Shown here: positions 13,463-26,460 of the stretch, one piece after another
Layout: each line of letters opens with the position of its first letter
Position numbering within the stretch: position 1 is the stretch's first letter
NCBI GenBank assembly: GCA_051362555.1
Contig: CM120643.1
Coordinates: 5,022,001-5,086,000 of the forward strand
Reading direction: 5' to 3'
Length of the DNA: 64,000 nt
Source of the DNA: Lingula anatina
Taxonomy: Eukaryota; Animalia; Brachiopoda
Program-made: the position numbers and the translations under genes
The notes under the pieces: model-generated
Told to the model about the DNA's origin: nothing
The model's database searches: none
The model's input: only the letters and a program-made list of their open reading frames with translations

Positions 13463-14667
13463 AATAAAATATCAATTCAATATAAAATACAAAAATCAAT
13501 ATTAAAAATGATCTCAGGTAGTGATGAATTCAATATACTTTGAATATATGTGATTATAATAAATAAGAAGACATTTTCTGAAGTATTACCCCTATTTTAG
13601 ATAAAACTCTTTTTTCTGATCTTGTTCGGCAGAGAATTGTTGAGTCAAGTTAGAATCGTCACACATCTAAACAAGTGTAAAAGAAGCAGGTATTTGTTAA
13701 CTAAACAAGTCTTCGCAATGTCTTCTCAAAATATTAAGGCACTTAATTACTGCCCCTAGTGCAGTAACCATCATGGACACTCACATGTAGATCAAATATG
13801 AAAAAAGTAGCAAAACTTATATGGAAAAAATGAAGGACAAAGTCACTCAGTTAATATTAGGTAAAAAATTGTTTTATACTTGTTAAAAATAAATAAATAA
13901 ATATATAAATAAATAAATAAATAAATAAATAAACTAGATGGTGTTGATGGATAGCCATCAAGAATCCCCCCACTTCCCCATGCACTTATCAAAGATGAAA
14001 AGAAATTTGACTGGGTTCCCATCCCTAGATCGATCTAACAGGATCGGTCCATCTCCATGGGGTCCCTCACTAAATTGCTTTCAGCCCAAACAGCTTAGAC
14101 ATCTGGGATGCCCACTAAAGCTGCTAAACAATAGTTAATTACCCCTTATCAGCATCAGCAGGTGTGACAGACATCTAAGCCATCCAAGTTAATTGCAATT
14201 AAACGAGAATCCCCTCTGAAATAGTTCAATCCAAAGTTGGTATGATAGGGTTTGGGAAATGGTCCCTTAGGATAACCCACCCTGTATGGACAGCCCAAGT
14301 GCAATAAAGTTCCCTGAAGATATGTCTAGTAATCCCTGAAGTATCAATTAACTTTCTACATTTATGCAATAAAGTTCCCTGAAGATAGGTCTGGCACCCC
14401 CCCAAAGTATCAACTTTCGACACTTATGGTCTAGCAGTAATAACATTTCAGAATCAACCACCCCCAGGGACAGCCCAATCCCCAGGCATTATAAAATTTT
14501 GTGCCCATGCATGCACATCCATGAAGATTGCTTTACCAATTACCAAAGTTTCAACTTCATATGTCTAATGGTCTAGGAGGAGATAGCAGAAATTATGTTT
14601 CAAAAAGTATTTAGAAACAACCAAACCCTGACCACAGTTCAACCAATCACCAGTTTCAACTACTTAA

Positions 14668-15005
14668 AGGGATAATAACTCTTCGTTTTGGCCAAAAAAT
14701 GAATTTTCCTGGAGTAAACAACAAGTTTCCCATACTTACCAATGGTTAATGAATCAATTTTTACATTCAAAGTTAGTCCCTGGTTTTTTTCTAAAAAGTT
14801 TTTTTTTTTTGTTAAAATCTCTTAAGAGATTATAACTGAATACAGCCATCAATGGAGGTCATGTGATCTAAAGACAAGCTCAGATATCAGAATAATAGCT
14901 ACAACTGCCGTTTTTGTGGTACAACAGAATATATTCTATTTCTATGAGTTGTTCACAATGTTTTTATTGTGAAATATAGATATCATACGAAGAGTTATTA
15001 TCCCT
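14668..15005. mobile_element. MITE with TTAA TSD (Kolobok-like AG termini)
   Basis: TTAA|AGGGATAATAACTCTTCG...CGAAGAGTTATTATCCCT|TTAA, with an 18-bp perfect terminal inverted repeat (TIR). The paralogous empty site TTTCAACTACTTAAGTCT is at about 16091-16108. Confidence 0.9.
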
Positions 15006-17191
15006 TTAAGTCTTATGGTCTCCAAGGAGACAGCGGAAAGTAATTCTGGATCTATTCGGGATCTACCCCCCCCCCCACCCCCCCAGGGACAGCCTGGCCC
15101 CTGTTGCACTAATTTTCTGCAATGCCTATGTATATCCCTTACAACAGCTTTACCCATCACCAAAGTTTCAACTTGCTAATCTTAAGGTCTAGGGAGAGAT
15201 AGGACAAATCATAATGTGATAAGAATTTAGAATCAATCCCCCCCCCACCCCACCCCCCCGAGACAGTCCCCAGGCATGATTAAATTCTGAAACACCATTG
15301 CCCATCCCTGCAAAAAGCAAAAAGTTAAACCAATCACCAAAAATTTAACTATTCAACTCAACTGATATAAGGAGGAGTTCACAGAAAATACAAAGTAAAA
15401 AAAAATTAATTCAACCCCCCCCCCCCGGGGACAGTGGTATGCCCAACTTCCTGTTTGTTGTACTAAAATTCCCAAATGCCCATGCACATCCCTGACCACA
15501 GTTCAACCAATCACCAAAGTTTCAACTACTTAAGTCTAATGGTCTACAAGGAGACAGCGGAAAGTAATTCTGGATCTATTCGGGATCTACCCCCCCCCCC
15601 CCCAGGGACAGCCTGGCCCCTGTTGCACTAAATTTCTGCAATGCCTATGTACATCCCTTACAACAGCTTTACCCATCACCAAAGTTTCAACTTCCTAATC
15701 TTAAGGTCTAGGGGGAGATAGGACAAATCATAATGTGATAAAAATTTAGAATCAATTCCCTCCCCCCCCCCCGAGACAGTCCAACCCCCAGGCATGATTA
15801 AATTCTGAAACACCATTGCCCATCCCTGCAAAAAGCAAAAAGTTAAACCAATCACCAAAAATTTAACTATTCAACTCAACTGATATAAGGAGTTCCCAGA
15901 AAATACAAAGTAAAAAAAAATTAATTCAACCCCCCCCCCCCCCATCCATGCACATCCATGAAGATAGCTTTACCAATTACCAAAGTTTCAACTTCATATG
16001 TCTAATGGTCTAGGAGGAGATAGCAGAAATTATATTTCAAAAAGTATTTAGAAACAACCAAACCCTGACCACAGTTCAACCAATCACCAGTTTCAACTAC
16101 TTAAGTCTAATGGTCTCCAAGGAGACAGCAGAAAGTAATTCTGGATCTATTCGGGATCTACCCCCCCCCCCCCCCCCCCCCCAGGGACAGCCTGGCCCCT
16201 GTTGCACTAATTTTCTGCAATGCCTATGTATATCCCTTACAACAGCTTTACCCATCACCAAAGTTTCAACTTGCTAATCTTAAGGTCTAGGGAGAGATAG
16301 GACAAATCATAATGTGATAAGAATTTAGAATCAATTCCCCCCCCACCCCACCCCCCCGAGACAGTCCAATCCCCAGGCATGATTAAATTCTGAAACACCA
16401 TTGCCCATCCCTGCAAAAAGCAAAAAGTTAAACCAATCACCAGAAATTTAATTATTCAAATCAACTGATATAAGGAGGAGTTCACAGAAAATACAAAGTA
16501 AAAAAAATTTAATTCAAACCCCCCCCCCCCCCCCCCCGGGGACAGTGGTATGCCCAACTTCCTGTTTGTTGTACTAAAATTCCAAAATGCCCATGCACAT
16601 CCCTGACCACAGTTCAACCAATCACCAAAGTTTCAACTACTTAAGTCTAATGGTCTACAAGGAGACAGCGGAAAGTAATTCTGGATCTATTCGGGATCTA
16701 CCCCCCCCCCCCCAGGGACAGCCTGGCCCCTGTTGCACTAAATTTCTGCAATGCCTATGTACATCCCTTACAACAACTTTACCCATCACCAAAGTTTCAA
16801 CATCCTAATCTTAAGGTCTAGGGGGAGATAGGACAAATCATAAGGTGATAAAAATTTAGAATCAATTCCCTCCCCCACCCGACCCCCCCCCCCCCCGAGA
16901 CAGTCCAATCCCCAGGCATGATTAAATTCTGAAACACCATTGCCCATCCCTGCAAAAAGCAAAAAGTTAAACCAATCACCAAAAATTTAACTATTCAACT
17001 CAACTGATATAAGGAGTTCACAGAAAATACAAAGTAAAAAAAATTTAATTCAACCCCCCCCCTCCCGGAGACAGTGGTATGCCCAACTTCCTGTTTGTTG
17101 TACTAAAATTCCAAAATGCCCATGCACATCCCTGACCACAGTTCAACCAATCACCAAAGTTTCAACTAACTAAGTCTAATGGTCTACAAGG

Positions 17192-17357
17192 CAGGGGCGT
17201 AACCAGGCATATGCACGGATGCACTGTGCGTACAATTTTTTGAGCCAACCATGATATTATTCTCCATAAATTCAATGTATTTTTCACGGAACATAATCGT
17301 ACCTAGGAATTTTCAAAATCTGTGCGTACAATTTTAAAAGGTCTGGTTACTCCCCTG
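17192..17357. mobile_element. 166-bp MITE with 5-bp TSD and CAG...CTG ends (hAT-like)
   Basis: CAAGG|CAGGGGCGTAACCAG...CTGGTTACTCCCCTG|CAAGG. The empty site GGTCTACAAGGAGAC is present in sister repeats at 15541 and about 16651. Confidence 0.9.
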
Positions 17358-19364
17358 CAAGGAGACAGCGGAAAGTAATTCTGGATCTATTCGGGATCTA
17401 CCCCCCCCCCCAGGGACAGTCCAACCCCCAGACATGATTACATTCTGAAACACCACTGCCCATCCCTGCAAAAAGCAAAAAGTTAAACCCAAAAATTTAA
17501 CTATTCAACTCAACTGATATAAGGAGGAGTTCACAGAAAATACAAAGCAAAAAGAATTTAGATTCAACCCCCCCCCCCCCCGGGACAGCCCAACCCCCTG
17601 TTTGTTGTACTAAAATTCCAAAATGCCCATGCACATCCCTGATGACAGTTCAACCAATCACCAAAGTTTCAACTACCTAAGTCCAATTGTCTACAAGGAG
17701 ACAGCAAAAAGTAATTCGGAATCTGTTCAGGATCTAATGCCCTCCCCCCCCCCCCCGCCCCCCCGCCCCCCCCAGGGGCAGCCTGGCCCCTGTTGCACTA
17801 AATTTCTGCTATGCTTATGTACATCCCTTACAACAGCTCTACCCATCACCAAAGTTTCAACTTCATAATCTTAAGGTCTAGGGGGAGATAGGACAAATCA
17901 TAATGTGATAAGGATTCATAAGAATTCTAAATCAACCACCCTCAGGGGCAGTCCAACCCCTTGTTGCACTAAAATTTAGAAATAGCCCCACATATCCTGA
18001 TATGTCTTCCAATCACCCAAGTTTCAACTTCCTGTCTAATGATCTAGGAGGAGATAGAGGAAATTACAATGTGAGAAGAATTCAGAAACAACTACCCCCA
18101 GGGACAGCCCAACTATACTGAGTGATGACATTATTGTCAATTTTTTAATCGTATGTTGTCAGTTGCAGTCTAAACCCATCACTTCAAGAAAAAAGGTGAA
18201 ACAATTTGCAAGATATGACAGCTCACATTTTCTTTCAGTTGTAAATGACAGCTTACTGACAATGGATGGGGCAAAAAAAAAAAAAAGGTTTGTTCTAGAA
18301 CATAATTTTGCCTTTAAAAAAAAAAACTTATGGGAAGAAATTAATTTGTTTTAGAGAGACTGAGTGTCAGAAGTTGGAATGTACAAGGAGAGCTGAGTCT
18401 AGCATGGATTATCATGTGAAAATTTAATCATGCGCCCCCAGGGGCAACCTCAATCCCAGATATACCAAAATTCAAAAAGGCTTATGCCTTATTCTGATAA
18501 AAGGTTGATCAATTTCCAAAATTCCAATTCTGTAATTTTTATAGTCTAAGAAAAGATAGTATATTACAATGCAAAAACTTGAAATCAACCACCCCTAGGA
18601 GCAGCCCCACCCCCAGGAACTCTAAATTCCTGTTCAATTCAACTAGCCAACATCTTTCATGCTTTGATTTGATTTATAATACAAATCGTATGGATCTATT
18701 AAGGTATTGTTAAAAACCTTGTTTTTATTAACTTCACTGTCAATAAACAACCATTTACTTTTGAAAGATGCCAATATACAATACAATACAATGATGGGCC
18801 ATCATATCCAGCAAAATTTCCCACGTGTCATTTTAGAGAGTTCTTCAAACATGTGAGTGTACATTGCAATCAATAGCATTCAAAACAAATATGTTAGTTT
18901 CTTTGCAAAACACACATAGTTAGCCAGTAAGTTTTGAGTGCCTTAGAGTTTAGATAAGTCAATATTATATTTTATGTGAAACTGTGGCACAATTCTGTAA
19001 CAAAAAATATGAAGTCAGTTTTGTCTAAAAGCTTAGTTTACAAAGCTCTGGCCAAGTTGTGTTACACAAAGAATCTAAAGCTGATCAACAATTAAGTAAT
19101 ATATATATATATTGGCACAAAAATGTATGCCTTGGCACTCCTTAAAATGCATATTAAAATATGTACTGGTACTGAATTGGAAAGAAAAACATTCAAGTGC
19201 TCTTGCATTCGATGACTGGGCTCGATTTGCTGTATAAACTTGTAGTTAACTACACCTAGATTGTTCATGTGATAGCACATATAAAAATATTAATAAAACT
19301 TTAATATGGGAGTGCCAAAGTATAAATTTTCTTGCTAATATTAATAATGCTGTGCAGTACTTAC

Positions 19365-20131
19365 TTTCTATGTCTGTGCTTTACTTGTACCAGTATGGTC
19401 AGTGGAGAATTTTAGAAGTGTTGATGTGCCTGAGGTGAGATTGCTGTCCATCATCCACAAATCCCTGGGCAGCCTAATAATGCAGAAATTGTAAAATGGT
19501 AAATTTTCATTTGTATGTGTAATTTAGGATTTCTCTTTCTTCTAGACAATGTTTCACACCAAAATAAAATGTCTTTTAAAATAGGTACACCTCATGTCAT
19601 GCAAATAACCAGTAGCACAACAAAAAAATTAAATCATAAATCCTCAAAATTATCCTTTTGTCATAGTAACATCTTTCAAAGTTGTGTTTTCAATTTAAAG
19701 TGATTGTTTTGGTACCTCTTTTGAAAATAATTTTTTGGCAATGCTTTATTTTACCCAAGATCTAATATACCTGTTTATTAGAGCTTAGATTTTACTCAGC
19801 AGTTATCAGTTTGGGAAATTTATCCTATGATGATACAAAATTCATATATGGCAACACTTAATGCAGTGGTTTACATGTGATGCCATTGCTTTGGTAAATG
19901 TTGGCAGTTCAGTACCAGGAGTGCTCACAATGACATGATTCTGGTAAGTAGATTTAAAAAATATGCAGTGCGAAGTGCACTCTATAGGCAACTTTAGGTA
20001 ATATAAACTCGTTAAATTTATTACAAGATCATTTGCCTTATCTTCTAGATAAGTTACATAAATAAATTCTTTCTCAGCTGTTTCTTATCAGTATAGAATA
20101 TATTTTTATTTATTTATTTATTTATTTGTTT

Positions 20132-20166
<35 letters not shown>

Positions 20167-20700
20167 ATGTGTGTTATCCGGTATTTGTGATGAATTGTGT
20201 TAAATGATTGTAATAATTTTAACTACTTAATTGTGACTTCAAGTGTAAAAAACAAATAATAATAAAATTAATAAATAAGCAAATAAATACATAAACCCTT
20301 TACAGGTAATTATCAATATGGCATATATGCTGCCACTATACAAGGTGCTTTTCTATAATGAAACAATTAAAAGGTGAAAGGTGGCATTATTATATAAAAA
20401 TATATGGAGAATAAAAAAAGTCTTTGTTTCCGGCTTATTCAATAAAAAAGAGATTATTATCCGCCAGATTCATCTTACAAAAGTCGAATTACAGAATAAA
20501 TGAACTCTTTAATCTAGCTAAATAAATATAATATCTCTTACCTCTGATGTCGTAGAAATCCCACTATTGTATAAGACTACAGTACAGATATCGACGGATT
20601 TCTGTCTCTCTCCTGCGACTCAACCGTCTCTCTTTGTCCCTCTCTTTGTTTCATAATTCCCGCTAGTGTCGCTCGTCTTCCGGTCAGCACACGAGCAATA
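19365..20700 (-). other. Putative first two exons of a spliced minus-strand transcript (5'UTR or lncRNA)
   Basis: Donor AG|GTAAGA at 20542/20541. Internal exon 19473-19365 bounded by TTATTAG| and |GTAAGT. CpG-richer sequence with a CCGGAAG motif near 20680. No long ORF. Confidence 0.35.
20134..20165. repeat. (TG)n microsatellite
   Basis: Direct dinucleotide run. Confidence 0.95.
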
Positions 20701-21433
20701 TGTGGGGCCTCGATTTGAAACCATACAGTGTTTTTGATCTCCAAATACTTTTAAAAAATCAATAAAGCTAAAAAAAAAGCCGTCGGCAAGAAGCTATTAT
20801 ATCGTATCTTTTAAATTAATTATTATTAAATATCACATAAAAGAGTCGCCTTTTGATGTACGCCCGGCTATAAAATCTATTTAAAATATCCATTTTTATG
20901 AGATTACAAATTGTATCGTATTGTTTGGCTCCTTTGCCTCGCTTTCAAAAATTAGTACAGGCGCTCCAATATCGTACGTAAGACGAAGTTAAAGTTGTTA
21001 TATTAGCCGAGTTCGACCAGAATACCTCACAACATTATCTGCAATTAACCTTCCTACGATTTTTAATGTATTTTGCAATATAATTTTCAATCTGCCCGAT
21101 GAAGAATTTTATTAATCAAGAGTGGGGGGAGGGTTCCGGTCCCAGGTTAGTTTCCCAGGTCACTTCTCAAGAGTGCCAATCGGCAATCCTCGGCTGACTC
21201 CGCAAGCTCCATACATTATTGTCGAGTGCGGAGACATCCAAGTGGTTCCGAGTCAGTGTGCAAAACTCTTAAAATAATAATAATAATAATAATAAATAAA
21301 TAAATAAAAAGGCGATTCTTTAAATGTAAGTATTTTGTGATAACCTTTTTTTTTATACATAGATTTACTAAAGTAATGAAATATCGTCCTTGTCAAAATA
21401 TAACTTTTAACGCTGACACTCAACCGCTGTGAG

Positions 21434-22368
21434 CACGCTCGACTGTCACCTTGATTGGATAGTAAACGGTTGTCGTAAAATCGCTAAATGATATTAAAAC
21501 CCGGTGCATAAAGTTGAAAACCACCTAGGACAACCTCAGACTGCCACATTAATCCAATACAATGCAAAAATAAACTATAACAAGTGGTTAAATCCTTCAA
21601 ACCGAATGTCGTAAAGTCCCCATATCCCTCCATAGAGACAATAAAATATAGTAAGCTTCTGAAACAAGAAAAATCCAGTTCCAACATAATAATCGAAATA
21701 AAATACTGCCGGGCATCGGAGCGGCCTAAAACTTGGCACGCTTACCGCTAATACTGCAGGCTACATCATCCCGTCGCTCGTTTGTAAATTCCGTGCATGG
21801 CATACGCACAATCAAACCGTATATCCAAATTCCACCTCTGATGTTTGAATTGGTCCTCTCTACAATCCAATTCAGGAAATGACGTAACCGCAGAGGTCGC
21901 ATTGTCCAATGGCATGGCTTCTTTTTCGTAATGGTAGGTTAGAGAGGACCAATTCAAACATCAGAGGTGGGATTTGGATATACGGTTTGATTGTGCGTAT
22001 GCCATGCACGGAATTTACAAACGGGCGACGGGATGATGTAGCCTGCAGTATTAGCGGTAAGCGTGCCAAGTTTTAGGCCGCTCCGATGCCCGGCAGTATT
22101 TTATTTCGATTATTATGTTGGAACTGGATTTTTCTTGTTTCAGAAGCTTACTATATTTTATTGTCTCTATGGAGGTATATGGGGACTTTACGACATTCGG
22201 TTTGAAGGCTTTAACCACTTGTTATAGTTTATTTTTGCATTGTATTGGATTAATGTGGCAGTCTAAGATTGTCCTAGGTGGTTTTCAACTTTATGCACCG
22301 GGTTTTAATATCATTTAGCGATTTTACGACAACCGTTTACTATCCAATCAAGGTGACAGCCGAGCGTG
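21434..22368. mobile_element. Foldback non-autonomous DNA transposon: 429-bp TIRs, 77-bp spacer, 8-bp TSD (P/Galileo-like CA...TG ends)
   Basis: GCTGTGAG|CACGCTCG...CGAGCGTG|GCTGTGAG. Arms 21434-21862 and 21940-22368 differ at about 7 positions by eye. Confidence 0.93.
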
Positions 22369-22601
22369 GCTGTGAGTGAGCCTTTTGGGCTTGTCTTGCA
22401 TAGATGCCGAGGTCGTCTGCTTTCTTGCTGTCAAAGCAGCTTGTAAATTGTATTGCCTAAATCTAGATTTGTTTGAAACGCACTATATTAGTTTCAGTCT
22501 GGTAAATTTTTAAGTAAACTACTTGAGTTTAAGGAATTTTTTTATATAAATGGGCGTACATCGATGTTGGAACAGCTGAATGTTGAACGTCTGAGTTGCA
22601 G

Positions 22602-22713
22602 AGTTACATGCGGGCGGTGTCCAGTCTGCTCATTTTCCATATGAATTCCAGAGTAGCTGATGCACAGCAAGTGTGAAAGTGTACAGACGGATCATGCCAA
22701 CAACGATGAAAAG
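22602..22713 (+). other. Putative plus-strand exon
   Basis: Acceptor TTGCAG|, an ATG at 22694 and a strong donor AAG|GTAAGT at 22713/22714. No downstream coding exons could be linked. Confidence 0.25.
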
Positions 22714-23129
22714 GTAAGTTTTGTTAAGTCACAAGGACAGCAAAATTTACGTCATTTTTCAGTTTTTGGAATATTTAATCTTATATATGATACGTGAATG
22801 CACGAAAGTGTTCCAGAATTTTTTTTTTTGAGAGTTTTCTCAAGTCGTCTAAATCTGGTGATAAGTTTTAAAGAGGTGGGAGTGCTGGTCAGGTTGTACT
22901 GAATGGCAAAATCTCATAACCGTAGAGGCTACATCCCTATACTGCCTGCACTGATTTCAAGGGATGTATGGTTAATTTTCGTTTTTTTTTTTTTTAGTTT
23001 TCAAAGCAGATTTTCAGTCAGCAGATATGCAACTCGCTCTAGTTATATATAGTTACAATATACCTATGTGATGTATTTTGTTGGTCAATATTGACTGATT
23101 CCTCAAGACATTTAAACAAAAAATATACT

Positions 23130-24545
23130 GCACCTGTAACCCCCCCCCCCCAAAAAAAAAAAAGTTTGAGCATGGAGATTTCAAAGAGTCATATACCCAC
23201 TAGAAGAGGTCCTTAATGGATATTAAACCTGTATATTAGGGAGGTAAAATACAAAGGAGATCCTGGTGGCCCTTTATTTTGTTGATGATATATTGATGTA
23301 TGAAAATGTGTTAAGTTAGATTGGTGTTGCTCTACAGTCTTGGCCGGTGATACCTGCACATTTCTTCTAATCGTGCAGTGTTGAACAGTGTCCTCTAACA
23401 CAGCCTACCTTTGGGATTTAAACCTTCATACTCTTTTTTGGTGGTTTATTATTGAAATTTATGTATTATTGTAGTGTTGGTAAAGACATTAACCCTTTTC
23501 AGCCTGCTACTTGTCTCACATTTCCACTCTGCTCAGTTGCTTGCAATGTGATTGTACAACTGGCAGTGCTTTTCTTACTAATATTATAGCTTACAGAATT
23601 AATCTAAAATAAGATAAGTCTAGATTAATTAATTCAGAAAATAAAACAATAAAAAGCCACATTTTTTTTAAAAACTTTATTCACTCAGTGAAAAAAAAGT
23701 AAATATATATATAAAATAAAATATTTAAACAAATAATCAAAAATTAAATGCATATAATAATGATGATAATTACACTAATTAAGTACAGATAAATAAAAAA
23801 GAACATGAATATACAGAAATACTTTCACCCGCAAATCCATACGTCCATCCATACATACTACATGTATGCTTATTGTGTGCTACATATCAGCAACATTATC
23901 ACGTACTAGATGTGGACATTTTATCACATAAAAAACCCCACACCTAGATTAATTAATTCAGAAAATAAAACAACAAAAACCCACATTTTTGAGGTATTTA
24001 ACCATATAAAGGAAAGTATATTGCTTTTAGCATAATGACCAAAAAATTTCAGACAAGTACTAGATCTACTTCTTTAACAAATATTTTTGTAACCCCCCCC
24101 CCCCCCCCCCCCCACTTAAAAAAGAAAAAAAAACTAAGTTTGAGCTTGGAGATTTCAAAGAGTCATATACCCACTAGAAGAGGTCCTTGTTAATGGCTAC
24201 ATATAATTTATGTAGTGTTGGTAAAGACATTAACCCTTTTCAACCTGCTACTTGTCTCACATTTCCACTCTTTGTTCAATTGCTTGTAATGTGATTGTAC
24301 AACTGGCAGTGCTTTTCCGACTAATACTATAGCTTACAGAATTAATCTAAAATAAAATTAGTCTAAATTAATTAATTCAGAAAATAAAACAACAAAAACC
24401 CACATTTTTTATATATTTAACCATATAAAGAAAAGTATACATTTAACCATGCATATAAAGAAAAGTATATTGCTTTGAGCATAATGACCATAAAAAAAGA
24501 ACTCAAACAAGTACTAGATCTACTTCTTTAACAAATATTATTGAA
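23130..24545. repeat. Local imperfect segmental duplications
   Basis: GGAGATTTCAAAGAGTCATATACCCACTAGAAGAGGTCCTT at about 23175 and 24148. GTAGTGTTGGTAAAGACATTAACCC at 23471 and 24212. ATTAATTAATTCAGAAAATAAAAC appears three times. Confidence 0.8.
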
Positions 24546-25142
24546 CACAAATGGGCACCAAGCATGCACACACAACTTTTTAAAATTAATCATCCATATA
24601 TTTTATAATACTTAATCATTATTTTTATGTGGGCTATAAGTAAAAATAAGTGAATTTTTGGGAAGTGTAGTGATCCCCAATACAAATCTTCACACAGGGA
24701 AATACTTACAGCCAATAACTTAATAGGTGGAAGTCATTGTAACTAGCTTTCCAATGCAAGTACTTTTGTCTCCTTCAACTGAAGAAGACACATACAGTGG
24801 TTTGATTCATGAAATATTAAAGTATTGCTGGGAATTTTAATTAAGTCTATTAGGGCTGGTCTGCTGCACCATCAAACATTTTATACTAAGGGACTCCTAG
24901 ATTCAGTGATTGCTGTGTACAAGACTGCATGATGAGCATAACGGGTATGAGCTATAAAAAAACTGCATTTGCATGTATGGTAAATCCAATATTATGGACA
25001 TCAGCATGAAGCATCAAATAACATTTGAATTGTAACCTGACCAGTTTTCAGTAAACTAGTTGTTGATGGACGACAGCTGGCAAGGTTTTTATCATGCATT
25101 TGCTATCTCATCATTTTGGCAGTTGTATCTACACACCTCTTC

Positions 25143-26460
25143 TTTTTATGTACAGACACAGATGTGTCTGTACATATTGCCATCACCTGCGTATGTCGTC
25201 GCCGATGCCGATGCCGATGGCGATGCCGATGCCGTCGCCGGCGCCGTGCACTTTCCTTGTAAACACGATAAGTGGAAGGCAGTTTCACTTTTTGGCTTAA
25301 TATTTACAGAGCTGAATATTCATAAAACGCAGGTCAAGTTCGAAAATCAGCATGATCGGGCTACTATTTTAGTAGTTATGCTGTTTTTTCATTTTTCAGC
25401 ATATATGCAACACTGTAAACACAATATAAGAAAAACAGATAGGCCAATTGTCATTAAACTCACAGGAGTGGTCAATCTTACTAAAACGCAAGTTTAGTTC
25501 GAAAGTCAGCGTAATCGGGGCATTATTTTAGAAGTTATTCACATTTCTTCAGATTCAACTCTTAGGCATGTTAACAGTCTCATTATTGAACTAATAAGAT
25601 ACGTAAAAGTGTTTGTTTGAGATTTCCTGCATCTTTACAACATTGTTAGTTGATTATGTAAAAATGATGGTAAACTTGTTATCATGTATTGTGTAATAAA
25701 GTGTCAGATATGGAAATAAACTCATATCATTGCAGTTCGTCAGATTCAATCATTCACTATGTTCAGAATCTCAGAATGGAGGAAATTGGACATTTAACAC
25801 TATTCTATTGATATTTTTCCCATCTCATCAATTTTCTTAGTTGATCATATAAAAATTGCAGTAAACTGTTTATTTTGTTTTATGTTAATAAGTGTTAAAA
25901 ATGGAAATAAACCCATGTCAGAACAGTGCTGTCTTGGTTCACATTTCCTCAGATTCAATTCTTAGGCATGTTAATAGTTTCATTATTTAATTAATAAGAT
26001 ACGTAAAAGTGTTTTTTGGACATTTCCTGCATCTTTACAACATTGTTAGTTGATTTTGTAAAAATGATGGTAAACTTGTTATTGTGTATTGTGTAATAAA
26101 GTTTCAAAAATGGAAATAAACTCATATCATTGCAGTTTGTCAGATTCAATAAATCACTATGTTCAGAATATCAGAATGGAAGAAATTGGACATTTAACAC
26201 TGCTCTATTGATATTTTTCCCATCTCATCAATTTTCTTAGTTGATCATATAAAAATGGCAGTAAACTGTTAATTTTGTTTTATGTTAAAAATTGTTAAAA
26301 ATGGAAAAAAAAAAAACATTTCAGAACAGTGCTGTCTTGTTTACATTTTGGCATTTTCAAGTTGTGACTTTGAAGTTCCATGGGCCTGAAGACCTTTGCT
26401 AGACACATTTTCTAAATATCCATAATACTAATATTTTATTATTAAAAATTGATGTTCAAC
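25143..26460 (+). mobile_element. HINE/DINE-1-like (Helentron-associated) element
   Basis: Starts TTTTTA, then palindrome TGTACAGACAC-AGAT-GTGTCTGTACA, a (GCCGAT)n microsatellite and core repeats (GGTCAAGTTCGAAAATCA). A 400-bp tandem duplication lies at 25538/25938. The 3' boundary is approximate. Confidence 0.7.

Larger units (their letters stand above)
13934..18630 (-). mobile_element. Non-autonomous Helitron/Helentron (HINE)-like element with an internal tandem array (about 130-bp subunits, about 530-bp higher-order unit, poly-C tracts)
   Basis: The minus strand ends hairpin TTGATGG-CTAT-CCATCAA, CACCAT, CTAG, then T: the canonical Helitron 3' end. GTAATTCTGGATCTATTCGGGATCT recurs near 15040, 15565, 16135, 16675 and 17375, and ACCAAAGTTTCAACT recurs about every 130 bp. 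The far boundary is approximate. Confidence 0.65.

Noticed and set aside
21484-22318. Apparent duplicated 67-aa gene pair on opposite strands
   Set aside because: They are simply the two arms of the foldback TIR and show no recognisable domain.
25060-25497. 145-aa ORF with a DADADA repeat
   Set aside because: It is the translation of the (GCCGAT)n microsatellite in a HINE-like element.
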